Of a stretch of DNA of 64,000 bases, positions 63,873 through 64,000 are shown piece after piece. Numbering within the stretch: the first letter of the stretch is position 1; each line of letters opens with the position of its first letter. Location of the stretch: assembly GCA_964016885.1 (NCBI GenBank), contig OZ024759.1, positions 17,980,001-18,044,000 on the forward strand, read 5' to 3'. The stretch is from Eledone cirrhosa (lineage: Eukaryota). Below the pieces are notes generated by a model. The model did no database searches. It was not told where the DNA came from and saw nothing but the letters and a program-made list of their open reading frames with translations. Made by a program: the position numbers and the translations under genes.

Positions 63873-64000
63873 AATGGCGAAATGATGATGGTTCTCCTGC
63901 CATACACAGGACTAGATTTAGACCTAGGAAACTCCAGGGCATATACTCCCACTCCTCCTCTGATAAATCCAGCCCTGGCCATAAACCAATGGAAATACTG

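Overview
AT-rich, repeat-dominated animal genomic DNA. The SINE types, RTE tails and huge (TA)n/(TATG)n tracts suggest an octopod cephalopod; this is inference. Almost all ORFs in the track are microsatellite artefacts. The only confidently supported host coding sequence is one 193-nt internal exon (57330-57522, +) of a SAC-domain phosphoinositide phosphatase most like INPP5F/SAC2. A weak candidate 5' end of a minus-strand gene lies at about 1771-6000. The rest is retroelement debris (Tx1/L1-clade, RTE, CRE-like and R4-like LINE fragments, two tRNA-derived SINE families), MITEs (piggyBac-, hAT- and Tigger-like), minisatellites, a near-identical 3.2-3.4 kb duplication (7410-10626 vs 20140-23521) and a 200-N scaffold gap. 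The most interesting signal is a dense set of about 14 type I hammerhead-ribozyme motifs from at least seven unrelated short repeat families. Most sit in fold-back inverted repeats next to (TA)n tracts, the architecture of Penelope-like element pseudo-LTR remnants. One family carries the compensated U3-A8 catalytic-core variant. All pairings and counts were made by eye.
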